From: Candidatus Firestoneibacteriota bacterium
Lineage (GTDB): Bacteria; Oederibacteriota; D2-FULL-39-29; JBBTED01
Assembly: GCA_038042445.1 (NCBI GenBank)
Contig: JBBTED010000021.1
Coordinates: 890 to 64,889, forward strand
Length of the DNA stretch: 64,000 nt
Direction of reading: 5' to 3'
Position 1 is the first letter of the stretch; every line of letters starts with the position of its first letter. A program made the translations under genes and the position numbers. This document shows positions 9,945-19,968 of this stretch, piece after piece. A model generated the notes under the pieces. That model was not told where the DNA came from. It ran no database searches and worked only from the letters and a program-made list of their open reading frames with translations.

Positions 9945-9946
9945 GT

Positions 9947-10933
9947 TTAAATTATATAATTTTTAACCTGTGTATCTTCTATAGAAGACGCTACAATATT
10001 TTTTGTAATTTCCCCATTCTTGATATAAACATCAACACTTTCATTTTTTGGAGCATCACTATATCTAAGAGTTATACCTGCAGAAACAGGAATATATAAA
10101 TCTTTACCCAAACCTTTTAATAATGAAATAGGACCTGAAAAATTCAATACTTCCATTATTAAATCTTCCTCAGTTTTAAAAGATTCAATTTTTTTGTTTT
10201 CTTCTTCACATCTGCCAACTATTAGCTTTACTTGAGGAGAAAGCCTGAAATGCCTTCCCAATTTTAGAAGCGAAATATCTCTTAATGTCCAATTTGGTTC
10301 ATATTTAAATAAATCTTTTAATCTTTTAGAAAAACCTGGGTCAGTCAATAAACATCCTCCAGCAGGACAAGGATAATCTATAATATTTTTTTGCGCTGCA
10401 TACTCTATTTGCTCTTTACGGGATCTACCAGAAATTGACAGTAATTTTTCTCTATTAACCCATCCATTTTTTTCAGGAATAGTTTCTGGTAATATTTTTG
10501 CTGAAAGAGGTCGCAAAATCAACCCCTCAAGTGCAGAATCTCTTTCAATCATCTGCATAGCTTTTAAATGTTGAGACATAGGACGTTGTCCCAAAACTTC
10601 ACCAGTTGTTATAAAAGATGCGCCAATTTCGCCTAAGAAAACTTTAGCTTTCTTAAACATCAAAATTCTACAATCAAGACACGGATTCATATGTGACCCA
10701 TAACCATATTTGGGATTTTTTAGAATTGGTAAATAGGCTTCTGCAACATTAAAGGTATGTAATTTAATTTTAAATTTTGCAGCGGATGCAGCTACTCCAC
10801 ACCCACCTTTTTTCTGACATGCACAAAAAGGAGTAACAAAATTTGCAGCTTCTACCTCTAAACCTTGTTCAAGCAGTAAACTGATGGCAAGACTACTATC
10901 TAAACCACCTGAGAAAAGAACTAATGTTTTCAT
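9947..10933 (-). CDS. PP-loop tRNA thiolation-family protein (ThiI/MnmA-like)
   Basis: FSGGLDS, NPCLDCR, TGEVLGQRPMSQ, PAGGCLLTD, GRHFR. Confidence 0.8.
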   Translation of the reverse strand: MKTLVLFSGGLDSSLAISLLLEQGLEVEAANFVTPFCACQKKGGCGVAASAAKFKIKLHTFNVAEAYLPILKNPKYGYGSHMNPCLDCRILMFKKAKVFLGEIGASFITTGEVLGQRPMSQHLKAMQMIERDSALEGLILRPLSAKILPETIPEKNGWVNREKLLSISGRSRKEQIEYAAQKNIIDYPCPAGGCLLTDPGFSKRLKDLFKYEPNWTLRDISLLKLGRHFRLSPQVKLIVGRCEEENKKIESFKTEEDLIMEVLNFSGPISLLKGLGKDLYIPVSAGITLRYSDAPKNESVDVYIKNGEITKNIVASSIEDTQVKNYII

Positions 10934-11104
10934 TTATTTCTTTTTCTTTTTTGGCACTTCGACTCTTTTCTTCTCATCAGGTTTTAAAGGCTGCGCCTGC
11001 ACCGTCGGAGTTTCTTTCTGCAAATTTATCAGTAAAAATATCAATGTTCCAAATATAATAGCACATAAAATAAATAGCAGAATTTTACTCAATGTATCGC
11101 TCAT
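10934..11104 (-). CDS. 56-aa single-TM protein (not in ORF track)
   Basis: MSDTLSKILLFILCAIIFGTLIFLLINLQKETP...PKKKKK; GAGGGGG SD; stop abuts next ATG. Confidence 0.65.
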   Translation of the reverse strand: MSDTLSKILLFILCAIIFGTLIFLLINLQKETPTVQAQPLKPDEKKRVEVPKKKKK

Positions 11105-11134
11105 TGATTTTTACCCCCTCATATCGTAATTGAT

Positions 11135-11211
11135 TTTTGATATCCTGAACTTGTTTCAGGATATCAAAACACCTCTATTTTATCAGATGCTGAAATAAAT
11201 TCAGCATGACA
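11135..11211. repeat. GTCA-type REP-like palindromes
   Basis: ttttgatatcctgaa..ttcaggatatcaaaa and gatgctgaaataaattcagcatgaca. Confidence 0.6.
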
Positions 11212-11229
11212 ATTCAAAAAAACTTTTGC

Positions 11230-11517
11230 CTAGCTTCGTTTTTCAGCAGCTTTTTTTGCAGCATCAATAGATGATTTGGCAATATACTTCGCATCTTCAA
11301 ATTTTTGCTTGCCCTTTTCAACTATTTCTTCACCTTTCTCAACTAATGTATTAAAAGAATCCTTTGCTTTTTCTTTTGTCTCTTCAGTCCAATCTTTTAT
11401 TTTTTTTCTGGTCTCTTTTCCAGATTGTGGCGCATATAATATACCAATTGCTGCACCTACTGCTGCACCTAATACAAAAGCTAATACTACACTTAAATCA
11501 TTTCTATTATCCGACAT
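11230..11517 (-). CDS. YtxH-domain protein
   Basis: FVLGAAVGAAIGILYAPQSGKETR; GGAGG SD before ATG 11517. Confidence 0.9.
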   Translation of the reverse strand: MSDNRNDLSVVLAFVLGAAVGAAIGILYAPQSGKETRKKIKDWTEETKEKAKDSFNTLVEKGEEIVEKGKQKFEDAKYIAKSSIDAAKKAAEKRS

Positions 11518-11570
11518 ATCTATCCTCCTCCAATTTTTGTAACAGATTAGCTTTTTCAAGCTAATTTTTT

Positions 11571-11593
11571 CTGCCGATAAATCAGCAACTACA
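11571..11593. repeat. GTAG-type REP half-site
   Basis: ctgccgataaatcagcaactaca; matches 54028-54050. Confidence 0.65.
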
Positions 11594-11601
11594 TCACTCT
11601 G

Positions 11602-12003
11602 CTATATTATTTCAGATGAATCCTGATTTGTTTTTTTATCAGAAAAACTTTTTACACCCTGAATTATACCTGTTATAAATGTTAAAACCTTCATCCATGG
11701 GTTTTTGCTTTTTATAACGTCTACAATAAACGTTGTTGTATCCTTTACTTTTGTAAAAATATTTTCTGCATCTGTTATTATTTTCTCTGCTTTATCCACA
11801 TTTTTATTAACACGGACTATCAATTCATTTGTATTTTGACAGGTATCTTTCAATTCAGAAAGCACATTCGAAAGTTCACCTTTTACAAGTTCATCTACAG
11901 TTTTAAGCAAACGTGCAAGCTGAAGAAAAACTTTTGCAAGATATATTGTTAAAATTACTAAACAAACTGCTAATATTGACAAAAGATATATTTCCATTTC
12001 CAC
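11602..12003 (-). CDS. DUF948/YtxG-like membrane-anchored coiled-coil protein
   Basis: N-terminal TM plus coiled coil; adjacent to ytxH-like gene. Confidence 0.7.
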   Translation of the reverse strand: MEMEIYLLSILAVCLVILTIYLAKVFLQLARLLKTVDELVKGELSNVLSELKDTCQNTNELIVRVNKNVDKAEKIITDAENIFTKVKDTTTFIVDVIKSKNPWMKVLTFITGIIQGVKSFSDKKTNQDSSEII

Positions 12004-12012
12004 CTCCTCGTA

Positions 12013-13065
12013 TTAAAATCTGTATTCACTAAATCCACGATATAATGTTTTAAAAGTAACAATTAGAATTCCTAAAAGTGGCACTGCGAAAATCATTCCT
12101 AAAACACCCATCATTTCTCCACCTACTAAAACTGCAAGAACAACTAAAAGTGGATGTAAATTTGTAGTTTTACCCACAGCAATTGGAACTATTATTGCAT
12201 TGTCAACAAATTGAATTAACATTAGCATACCTACAACCTTTACAACAACATTTAAAGTTTGATAATCAACAAGTGCTACAAAAACTGCAGGAATACCTCC
12301 AAGAAATGGACCAAGATATGGAATTATATTTGTAATCCCAAGAATTATACCAAGTATAACTGCATACCTTATACCAATTATATATAAACCAATTACTGAT
12401 AATATTGCTACTGCCACTAATTCTATAATTCGACCACGAAAATAACTTCTTATCTGTTCATTAATGTCATGCATTAAACATAACGCCATTTCAAAATATC
12501 TGTTTGGCACTATACTTATTATGGCTTTACGAAGTTTCCTTCCATCTTTTAATAATAAAAATAAAATAAAAGGTGTAAGCAAAACATTAGTGACAGCATT
12601 AAATATTATTCCTGCATAATTAGGCAAACCTTTTGTAAGCCGTGTTGTTAATTCCTGACTTGTGTTTAAACTTTTCCCAAGCTTATCAAGTTTTAAAAAT
12701 GGCATTTTTTTATCTATATCCTCAATAAGTGTAAACATCATATTTTTTGACATTTTGAAATATGTTGGAAGTTCAGTTTGCAAGACAATAGCTTCCTCTT
12801 TAATTTTAGGAAACATTAAATAAAAAAATATAGCACAGATAAGCAATGTTAAAACAAATAGTGTTATAACTGACATCTCCCTGCTTAAACCTTTACTTTC
12901 AAAATAATCAACAAACGGATTCAAAATATATGCAAGAACAAATGCCATTATAAAAGGAAGTAAAACATTTGTATATGTTACAAATAAAAATAGAAAAAAT
13001 AATATAAAAAAAAATATACCAGAAAATTTTACAGCACGTAATAATTTTGAAGCACTCGCATCCAT
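12013..13065 (-). CDS. AI-2E family transporter
   Basis: LAYILNP, NIIPYLGP, LHPLLV motifs. Confidence 0.9.
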   Translation of the reverse strand: MDASASKLLRAVKFSGIFFFILFFLFLFVTYTNVLLPFIMAFVLAYILNPFVDYFESKGLSREMSVITLFVLTLLICAIFFYLMFPKIKEEAIVLQTELPTYFKMSKNMMFTLIEDIDKKMPFLKLDKLGKSLNTSQELTTRLTKGLPNYAGIIFNAVTNVLLTPFILFLLLKDGRKLRKAIISIVPNRYFEMALCLMHDINEQIRSYFRGRIIELVAVAILSVIGLYIIGIRYAVILGIILGITNIIPYLGPFLGGIPAVFVALVDYQTLNVVVKVVGMLMLIQFVDNAIIVPIAVGKTTNLHPLLVVLAVLVGGEMMGVLGMIFAVPLLGILIVTFKTLYRGFSEYRF

Positions 13066-13072
13066 AGAGAAT

Positions 13073-13561
13073 TTACAAGACCTTCACTTTTTCAGTGGTA
13101 GTTATTCTTAACCTCTCACCAATCATTTTGGCTAATACCAACAAAATCTTTGAGCCAAGTTTTGGATCTCTTTTGATTAAACCGAGTAAATCTGGCCTAA
13201 AAAAACCCAATATCTCTGTTTTTTCAATAGCTTTTGCTGTAGCTGAACGCGAAAATTCATCTAACAAAGAAAGCTCTCCAAAAAATTCGCCATCCTTAAG
13301 TTGTCCAATTTTAGTTTCCTTTGATTCACTTTTTTTGATTATGGCAACAGCACCTTTTTTAATTATATACATACCTGCACCCGGTTCTCCTTCATAAAAA
13401 ATAACTTCTTCAGGAGCATAAGTTCTTTCATGAATTATAGTCTCAAGCTTTTTCAATTCAATCCATGTTAAATCTTTAAATATGGAAATATTTTTTAGGA
13501 TAGCATATGTAGAATCTGCATCTTTTCCTTGAAATATTCTACTTATTAACATTTTAAACAT
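13073..13561 (-). CDS. Stand-alone cyclic nucleotide-binding domain protein
   Basis: MYIIKKG, FFGELSLL..RSATAKA. Confidence 0.88.
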   Translation of the reverse strand: MFKMLISRIFQGKDADSTYAILKNISIFKDLTWIELKKLETIIHERTYAPEEVIFYEGEPGAGMYIIKKGAVAIIKKSESKETKIGQLKDGEFFGELSLLDEFSRSATAKAIEKTEILGFFRPDLLGLIKRDPKLGSKILLVLAKMIGERLRITTTEKVKVL

Positions 13562-13616
13562 AAATATATATTATATTATTATAAATTAAAGTCAAGCGAA
13601 AACTAATAATCAATGG

Positions 13617-15581
13617 CTATGAAATATACGATATTACACTATCTATATCCGCATGGCTTCCAAAAACAACCAACATATCATTTGGCTCTATTTTGAAATC
13701 TGATTTAGGATTCGTAAATGCTTTACCATTTCTAACAACTGCAATAATTGTAGCACCAGTTTTTTCTCTTAATCCCAATTCAAAAATTGTTTTATCAACA
13801 GCATTAGAGCCTTCTTTTATTATTACAATATCAGTTAAAGTAATCGACAGTATATCTTTTAAGTCTAGCACTGAAAATGGCTCTAAAGAAAGTTTTCTTA
13901 ACATTTTATATCCATCTTTTCTTATTATTTCACCCTGAGTTAATACCACATTTCTTGGAATATGATACTGCCGTAAGACTCTTGAAAATATTTCTATCGA
14001 AGTTTCAAATTCTTCTGGTATAACTTGATCTGCACCAAGTTTTTGGAGTTCATTAACTTCAGAAGTATATCGTGTTCTTATAATTATATATATAGAAGAA
14101 TTCAAATTTTTTATCATAAATAATCCCTGACGTACTGCAACTGAATCTGATATCGCAATTACAGCTATTTTTGCATTTTCTATACAAACTTGTTTTAGAA
14201 TTTCTCGCTTTGTAAAATCTCCAAAAAGTATTGGTTCTCCTACATCCTTGGCCTCTTTTACTAAACGCGAATTAATATCAATAATAACATAATTAATCCC
14301 CACTTCTTTTAAAACTCTTGCAAGATTTTTACCATTTAAACCATATCCTATGATAACAACATGGTTTTTTAGCTCTTTTAAGGTTTTATATTCTACTTTA
14401 TCTTTTTTAAAAGGAATTTTAAAATATTTCTGAACAGTAAGTCCAAGTTTTGGCGCTATAATCATTAAAAAAGGAGTGAGCAACATACTTATAGATGAGA
14501 GTACTATAAAATTATGATAATATTCATCCGAAATTAAATTAAACTTATTTCCAAATTTTCCAAGAACAAAAGAAAATTCTCCTATTTGAGCTAAACTCAA
14601 TCCAACAATAACTGTAATTCTCAAAGGATATTTTAATAATAACATTATTGGAACCAATATTAAAAATTTAATAGTTATGATGCCAAAAACACCGCCTACT
14701 ACAAAAACAATGTCTCTAAAAATATTTATATCAACCAACATTCCAATAGAAATAAAAAATATGCTATTAAAAATATCTCTAAAAGGTAAAATATCTGCAA
14801 TGATTTGATATCTATAGTCCAGTCTAGATAAAATAAATCCAGCAAGAAATGCTCCTATAGCAAGAGAAAATCCTAAATAAGCTGTAAGATATGCGGTTCC
14901 AAGACACACTACAACTATAGAAATAGTGAACAACTCTCTGTTTCTTGATTTAACTATTGGATCAATAAGTTTTGGTAAGATTAAACTTGCTACGATAAAA
15001 ATTACAAAAAGAGAACTAATAGCGAAAAAAAATGCCTTCAAAAATAAAATAAACTCAAAAGATTCTCCTCCTTTTAAATAAGGGATAATTATCATCATAG
15101 GAACAATGGATAAATCCTGGAGTAAAAGTATTCCCATAGATGTATACCCGTGAACAGAATCAACTTCTCCTTTATCAATAAGATGCTTCATCACTATGGC
15201 AGTGCTGCTTAAAGAAACTAAAAAACCTATGAATATGGATAAAGCTACATTATGTGTTATAAAAAAGGATATAGCTGTTGTTGCCAAAACTGTAGCAACA
15301 ATTTGAAGTATTCCGGCAATAAAACTTTTTCGCATTTGAGCTAATTCTACAAATGAAAATTGAAGTCCTATTGTAAATAAAAGAAGGGCAATACCTATTT
15401 CTGCTAAAATTTCTACACCTGAAACATCTGCAATCAGTTTGATACCACTTGGACCTAAAAATATTCCTGTAGCTAAAAATCCGACTAAAGTAGGAAGTTT
15501 AAGTTTATTAAATATGAAAATTATTGGAATAGAAACAGCAAGAAGAATAAAGAATTCTTTTATAATATGCAGATCTTCCAT
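13617..15581 (-). CDS. CPA2/Kef-type cation:proton antiporter with TrkA-N/C domains
   Basis: LSSTAIV, LLQDL, QIGEFSFV, IIGYG, FGD. Confidence 0.92.
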   Translation of the reverse strand: MEDLHIIKEFFILLAVSIPIIFIFNKLKLPTLVGFLATGIFLGPSGIKLIADVSGVEILAEIGIALLLFTIGLQFSFVELAQMRKSFIAGILQIVATVLATTAISFFITHNVALSIFIGFLVSLSSTAIVMKHLIDKGEVDSVHGYTSMGILLLQDLSIVPMMIIIPYLKGGESFEFILFLKAFFFAISSLFVIFIVASLILPKLIDPIVKSRNRELFTISIVVVCLGTAYLTAYLGFSLAIGAFLAGFILSRLDYRYQIIADILPFRDIFNSIFFISIGMLVDINIFRDIVFVVGGVFGIITIKFLILVPIMLLLKYPLRITVIVGLSLAQIGEFSFVLGKFGNKFNLISDEYYHNFIVLSSISMLLTPFLMIIAPKLGLTVQKYFKIPFKKDKVEYKTLKELKNHVVIIGYGLNGKNLARVLKEVGINYVIIDINSRLVKEAKDVGEPILFGDFTKREILKQVCIENAKIAVIAISDSVAVRQGLFMIKNLNSSIYIIIRTRYTSEVNELQKLGADQVIPEEFETSIEIFSRVLRQYHIPRNVVLTQGEIIRKDGYKMLRKLSLEPFSVLDLKDILSITLTDIVIIKEGSNAVDKTIFELGLREKTGATIIAVVRNGKAFTNPKSDFKIEPNDMLVVFGSHADIDSVISYIS

Positions 15582-15599
15582 ATCATTTTGGAATTACAG

Positions 15600-16601
15600 C
15601 TAAACTTTTACACCTATTTCTTTTCTTAAAATTTCCACATCATTAACATCATCCATTACTATCAGAATATCTTTAGTTTTTAATATTAATTTTTTGTCTG
15701 GATTAAACTGCAATCGTGCATTATCTGCCTGTTTTACCGCTAAAACTATCAGATTGGTTCTTTTAGCAATTTCAGCAGATTCCAAAGATTTACCTGCAAA
15801 TGGTGAATTATCTGGTATTTCTACTTCATCTACACGTAAAGTTTTTTCTTTTTCTCTTAACATACTATCAAGAAATGAAGTAACTGTAGGCCTGATTAAT
15901 TCAGAAACAAGACGAAGCCCTCCAATTAGATTTGGGGATACAACACCATCTGCTCCAGCTTTTTTAAATTTTTGCACAGAATTTTCTTCCAGCATCTTTG
16001 ATACTATTCTTAAATTAGGATTTAATTCTCTTGCTGTCAGTACTACAAATAAATTATCCTGATCAGAAGCAAGTGTAGCCACTAATCCTTTTGCCTGCTT
16101 AATTCCTGCCTTCAACAGAGTGTCATCTTCCTCGGCATTACCAAGAACATATAATATATTTTGTTCTTCAAGCTTTTTAACTTTTTCAACATTTTTCTCT
16201 ATCAAAACAAAATCCCGTTTAGTCTTAATCATCTCATCTATAATATATTTACCTGTTCGATCACCACCACAAATTATATAATGTGAAGATAGTTTTTTTA
16301 TTTTTTTTTCCATCTTACGCCTCCTTAGAATACCTTTTAATTCACCTTCAACAAAAAATGCAGTCATACTACTTGCAACATAAACCAGAACACCTGTTCC
16401 ACACAATATTAAAAACATAGTAAATATTCTGCCATTTTGAGAAAGTGGATTTGTTTCACCATATCCCACAGTAGCTAATGTTATAATAGTCATATAAAGC
16501 GCATCCAAAAATGACCATTTTTCAATTCCCACATACCCCAAAACACCAACAAGTAAAACAACAGCCAGTGTAATTAATATATTAATTGTTTTTTTTGCCA
16601 T
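15600..16601 (-). CDS. Potassium channel with TrkA (RCK) domains
   Basis: TVGYG selectivity filter; start set at MAKKT (16601). Confidence 0.92.
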   Translation of the reverse strand: MAKKTINILITLAVVLLVGVLGYVGIEKWSFLDALYMTIITLATVGYGETNPLSQNGRIFTMFLILCGTGVLVYVASSMTAFFVEGELKGILRRRKMEKKIKKLSSHYIICGGDRTGKYIIDEMIKTKRDFVLIEKNVEKVKKLEEQNILYVLGNAEEDDTLLKAGIKQAKGLVATLASDQDNLFVVLTARELNPNLRIVSKMLEENSVQKFKKAGADGVVSPNLIGGLRLVSELIRPTVTSFLDSMLREKEKTLRVDEVEIPDNSPFAGKSLESAEIAKRTNLIVLAVKQADNARLQFNPDKKLILKTKDILIVMDDVNDVEILRKEIGVKV

Positions 16602-16708
16602 AATTTTTTCCATTATGCTGTATGTTTTTAAAGCACAGCATAATTTTTTGTTTATGGCCTGTGACCAAAGGGAATGGTATGCACCATCTTTTTCCACCAG
16701 ACCATAAT
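16599..16708. repeat. Tandem TTATG/CATAA hairpin units (copy B)
   Basis: 70-bp unit 16639-16708 plus variant unit ttatgctgt...acagcataa; array ends at the channel ATG. Confidence 0.85.
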
Positions 16709-16753
16709 ATTTTAATACCTATTATAACATAATATTATAATTATACAATTTTT

Positions 16754-18013
16754 TTAAATGTCCTTGTTTTTACGAGGTAATATCAATCGTACAGTTCGCT
16801 CATAAAAAAAATAATCTAATGCCCAATTAATTAGAACAAAAAGACGATTGCGAAATCCAATTAAATTAAAAATGTGAATACTTAGCCAAAGCAACCATGC
16901 AGTAAATCCTTTAACCAAATGACATCCAATATGTGCAACTGCAGACCTTCTACCAATAGTTACCATTGCACCTAAATTTCTGTAATGAAATATGATGGGT
17001 TTCTGTTCATTTATCTGACATATAATATTTTTTGCTGCTGTTACTCCTTGCTGAACAGCAACAGGAGCAAGCATTGGCAGTGGTTTTGCATTATCTATAT
17101 AATAAGCTAAATCTCCAATTACATAAACTTCAGGATATTTAGAAAGTGCAAGTGTAGATGTAATCTCTATTCTGCTATTTAATAAAGATAATCCTGATTT
17201 TTTAATCAATGTATTAGTATGTACCCCTGCTGTCCAAACTACAGTTTCAGTAGGTATAATAGTTTTGTTTTTTAAATAAACTGCATCTTGTGTTATTCTT
17301 TCAACAATAGACTGCAAATATGTTCGGACACCCATTTTTTTTAGATGCTGTTGAGTATAATCACATAAATCTTTTGGAAACCCAGAAAGTAAAGTTTCTG
17401 ATGCTTCCACAATAACTACATTAACCTCAGAAAATTTTATATTTGGATAGTCCTTAATAAAAGAACCATTTATTAATTCTGCAAGAGCACCTGCAAATTC
17501 TATTCCCGTTGCACCACCACCAACTACAGTAAAAGTAAGTTTCTGCTGTCTCTTATGTCCATCTGTCTCATTTGAAGCATTTTCAAAACACATAAGAATA
17601 TGATTACGCAATGTAATTGCCTCTTCTAAAGTTTTTAAGGAAAAAGAATGTTCTTCTGCACCTGAAACATTAAAAAAATTAGTTACACTACCTAAAGCCA
17701 GTATAAGAAAATCATAAGAAATTACTTTATCTTTACTTTGTACTATTTTTGTATTGAAATCTATTTTATCTACATTAAAAAGTGAAAAGTTAATATTTGG
17801 CCATTTTCTTAAGATACTTCTAATCGGATATGCAATTTCTTCTGGTTCCAATTCAGCAACTGCGACTTGATATAACAGAGGTAAAAATGTGTGATAATTA
17901 TTTTTATCAAGAAGCAACACATCAACAGGCATATTTCCCAAAGCACGTGCAGCTGATAAACCACCAAAACCAGCTCCCACAATTACTACTTTAGGAATTT
18001 TTTGTATCGGCAC
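16754..18013 (-). CDS. ndh: Type II NADH dehydrogenase-like FAD oxidoreductase (start uncertain)
   Basis: VVIVGAGFGG, FLPLLYQVA, VVGGGATGIEFAG, VWTAG, IGD. Confidence 0.88.
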   Translation of the reverse strand: MPIQKIPKVVIVGAGFGGLSAARALGNMPVDVLLLDKNNYHTFLPLLYQVAVAELEPEEIAYPIRSILRKWPNINFSLFNVDKIDFNTKIVQSKDKVISYDFLILALGSVTNFFNVSGAEEHSFSLKTLEEAITLRNHILMCFENASNETDGHKRQQKLTFTVVGGGATGIEFAGALAELINGSFIKDYPNIKFSEVNVVIVEASETLLSGFPKDLCDYTQQHLKKMGVRTYLQSIVERITQDAVYLKNKTIIPTETVVWTAGVHTNTLIKKSGLSLLNSRIEITSTLALSKYPEVYVIGDLAYYIDNAKPLPMLAPVAVQQGVTAAKNIICQINEQKPIIFHYRNLGAMVTIGRRSAVAHIGCHLVKGFTAWLLWLSIHIFNLIGFRNRLFVLINWALDYFFYERTVRLILPRKNKDI

Positions 18014-19367
18014 AATCGGATTTGTATAATTTTGCAATTGATTCAATGTGAAATGTATGGGGAAACATATCGAGTGGCTGAACTTCACAAGTTTTATATC
18101 CTAATTCTTTAAATTTCTCCAAATCTCTGGATAAAGTTGCCGGATCACAGGATACATAAATAATATTTTTTGGTGCAAGTTTTACAATATTTTTAATTAC
18201 ATCCTGTGTGCATCCTTTTCGCGGTGGATCCAGAATAACTACATCTGGCTTCAATTCTTTTTTATCAACAATTTCTTGCAACATATCATTTACATCCCCA
18301 CATCTAAATTCACAATTCATTATATTATTTAAATGAACATTACGGGTTGCATCAATAACAGCATTTTTATCTCCTTCTACACCAATTACTTTTAATGCAT
18401 ATTTTGAAACAAACAATGCAATTGACCCTATACCAGAATACAAATCAAGAACTGTTTCTTTGCCAGAAAATTCCAGTATATTTACAATAACTTTATATAA
18501 ATTCAAAGCAGCATCAGTATTCACCTGAAAAAATGAATTCGGAGATATCACAAATTTAATTTCACCTAAACGTTCATTTATAAATCCCCTACCAGCTATT
18601 GTTTTATTTGTCTTTGACAAAACAACATTCCCTTTTTTTTCATTCACATTTAAAATAACACTTGTAAGATTTTGATTTTTTGCGATAAGAGTTTTAGCTA
18701 TAAAGCCAAATGTATTAATTTCTTTTGCAGCAACAAATATTACCATTGCTTCTTGTGTTGAAGAAGCAATTCGAATAACAATATGCCTTAATATTCCAGA
18801 ATCATCTTTTTCATTGTATGGAACTACTTTATATTTTATAATTTCCTCTTTTATATCTAACAATAATTTGTTTGCCTCTTTAGTCTGAACAGGACAACTA
18901 TTTATATCTATGAGATAATGCGATTTTAATGCATAAAATCCAAATCCGCAATTTCCATCAATTGGAACAACCTGAATTTGTATTTTATTTCTGTATTCAA
19001 ATTCTTTTCCAATAGCAATAGTAGGTTGGACTAGAACATCATCTAACTTTCCAATTCTTTTTAATGTATTTCGGACAATATCTTCTTTATATTTTAATTG
19101 ATATTCATATTTAATATTCTGCCAATGACATCCCCCACATTCTCCAAAATGTTTACATACAGAATCAATCCTATTAGACGAAGGTTTCACTATAGCTAAA
19201 ATTTTAGCTCTTGCAAAATTTTTAGCAAGATTTGTAATTTCCGCGTCCACTATATCACCAGGAACAGTAAACGGTACAAAAACCACAAAACCATTATAGT
19301 AACCAAGTGATTCAACCCCATAAGTAACTGACTTTATTTCTAATTGTATTTTTTCACCAATATTCAT
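17991..19367 (-). CDS. rlmD: 23S rRNA m5U1939 methyltransferase
   Basis: TRAM domain, CGGC, YRNK, SFFQVN, LDPPRKG, YVSCDP, DMFP. Confidence 0.95.
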   Translation of the reverse strand: MNIGEKIQLEIKSVTYGVESLGYYNGFVVFVPFTVPGDIVDAEITNLAKNFARAKILAIVKPSSNRIDSVCKHFGECGGCHWQNIKYEYQLKYKEDIVRNTLKRIGKLDDVLVQPTIAIGKEFEYRNKIQIQVVPIDGNCGFGFYALKSHYLIDINSCPVQTKEANKLLLDIKEEIIKYKVVPYNEKDDSGILRHIVIRIASSTQEAMVIFVAAKEINTFGFIAKTLIAKNQNLTSVILNVNEKKGNVVLSKTNKTIAGRGFINERLGEIKFVISPNSFFQVNTDAALNLYKVIVNILEFSGKETVLDLYSGIGSIALFVSKYALKVIGVEGDKNAVIDATRNVHLNNIMNCEFRCGDVNDMLQEIVDKKELKPDVVILDPPRKGCTQDVIKNIVKLAPKNIIYVSCDPATLSRDLEKFKELGYKTCEVQPLDMFPHTFHIESIAKLYKSDCADTKNS

Positions 19368-19406
19368 TTCGGTTTTAATTTGGGACTGCGAATAATCTCG
19401 AATAAT

Positions 19407-19682
19407 TTATCTAATGGAACGATAGTCTTTAGACCTATGTTCAATTTCATAGATTTTTATAAGTTTTTCACTCTTATATATCCAATACAATATTCTATAA
19501 TCTCCTATTCTAATTCTACATAATCCTTTAATATCATCAGGTAATGAACTTAATTGGTGATGAATAATTACATCAGCATTTTCTTTAAGCCAATCAATTC
19601 TTGAACTTATACGTCTTAATGTTTCTCTGTCAAGTTTTTTTATAGAATCTTCAGCTTGGCTTAATATAATTATTTTATACAT
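19407..19682 (-). CDS. RelE/ParE family toxin
   Basis: RIRIGDYRILY...IEHR. Confidence 0.85.
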   Translation of the reverse strand: MYKIIILSQAEDSIKKLDRETLRRISSRIDWLKENADVIIHHQLSSLPDDIKGLCRIRIGDYRILYWIYKSEKLIKIYEIEHRSKDYRSIR

Positions 19683-19879
19683 AATTCTTTCTTTAATTCA
19701 TCCCAATCTTTTCCTTTTCCAGTAATATCTTCTTTTCGTGCTTTCCTCATACGTTCAATAAATTGAGGATTTATTGACAACAACCAATCCTCTAAATCTT
19801 CTTTTGTATCTGCTGTTTCAAATACACTTAAAGGAAAACTTATAATTTTGTTACTTTTTGTCTTCAACATATCTATCAC
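19670..19879 (-). CDS. Putative antitoxin
   Basis: Small acidic protein overlapping toxin start; C-terminal WDELKKEL. Confidence 0.7.
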   Translation of the reverse strand: MIDMLKTKSNKIISFPLSVFETADTKEDLEDWLLSINPQFIERMRKARKEDITGKGKDWDELKKELCIK

Positions 19880-19890
19880 CTCTAAAATAA

Positions 19891-19919
19891 AGTTTACTAT
19901 CTTTTTGTGATTAAGTCAA
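19891..19919 (-). promoter_or_regulatory. Sigma70 promoter of TA pair
   Basis: TTGACT-N17-TAAACT. Confidence 0.5.
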
Positions 19920-19968
19920 ATATTTAGTGGTAACCCGATTTTTCAATTTTTAACAAAGCTTATCTTCT

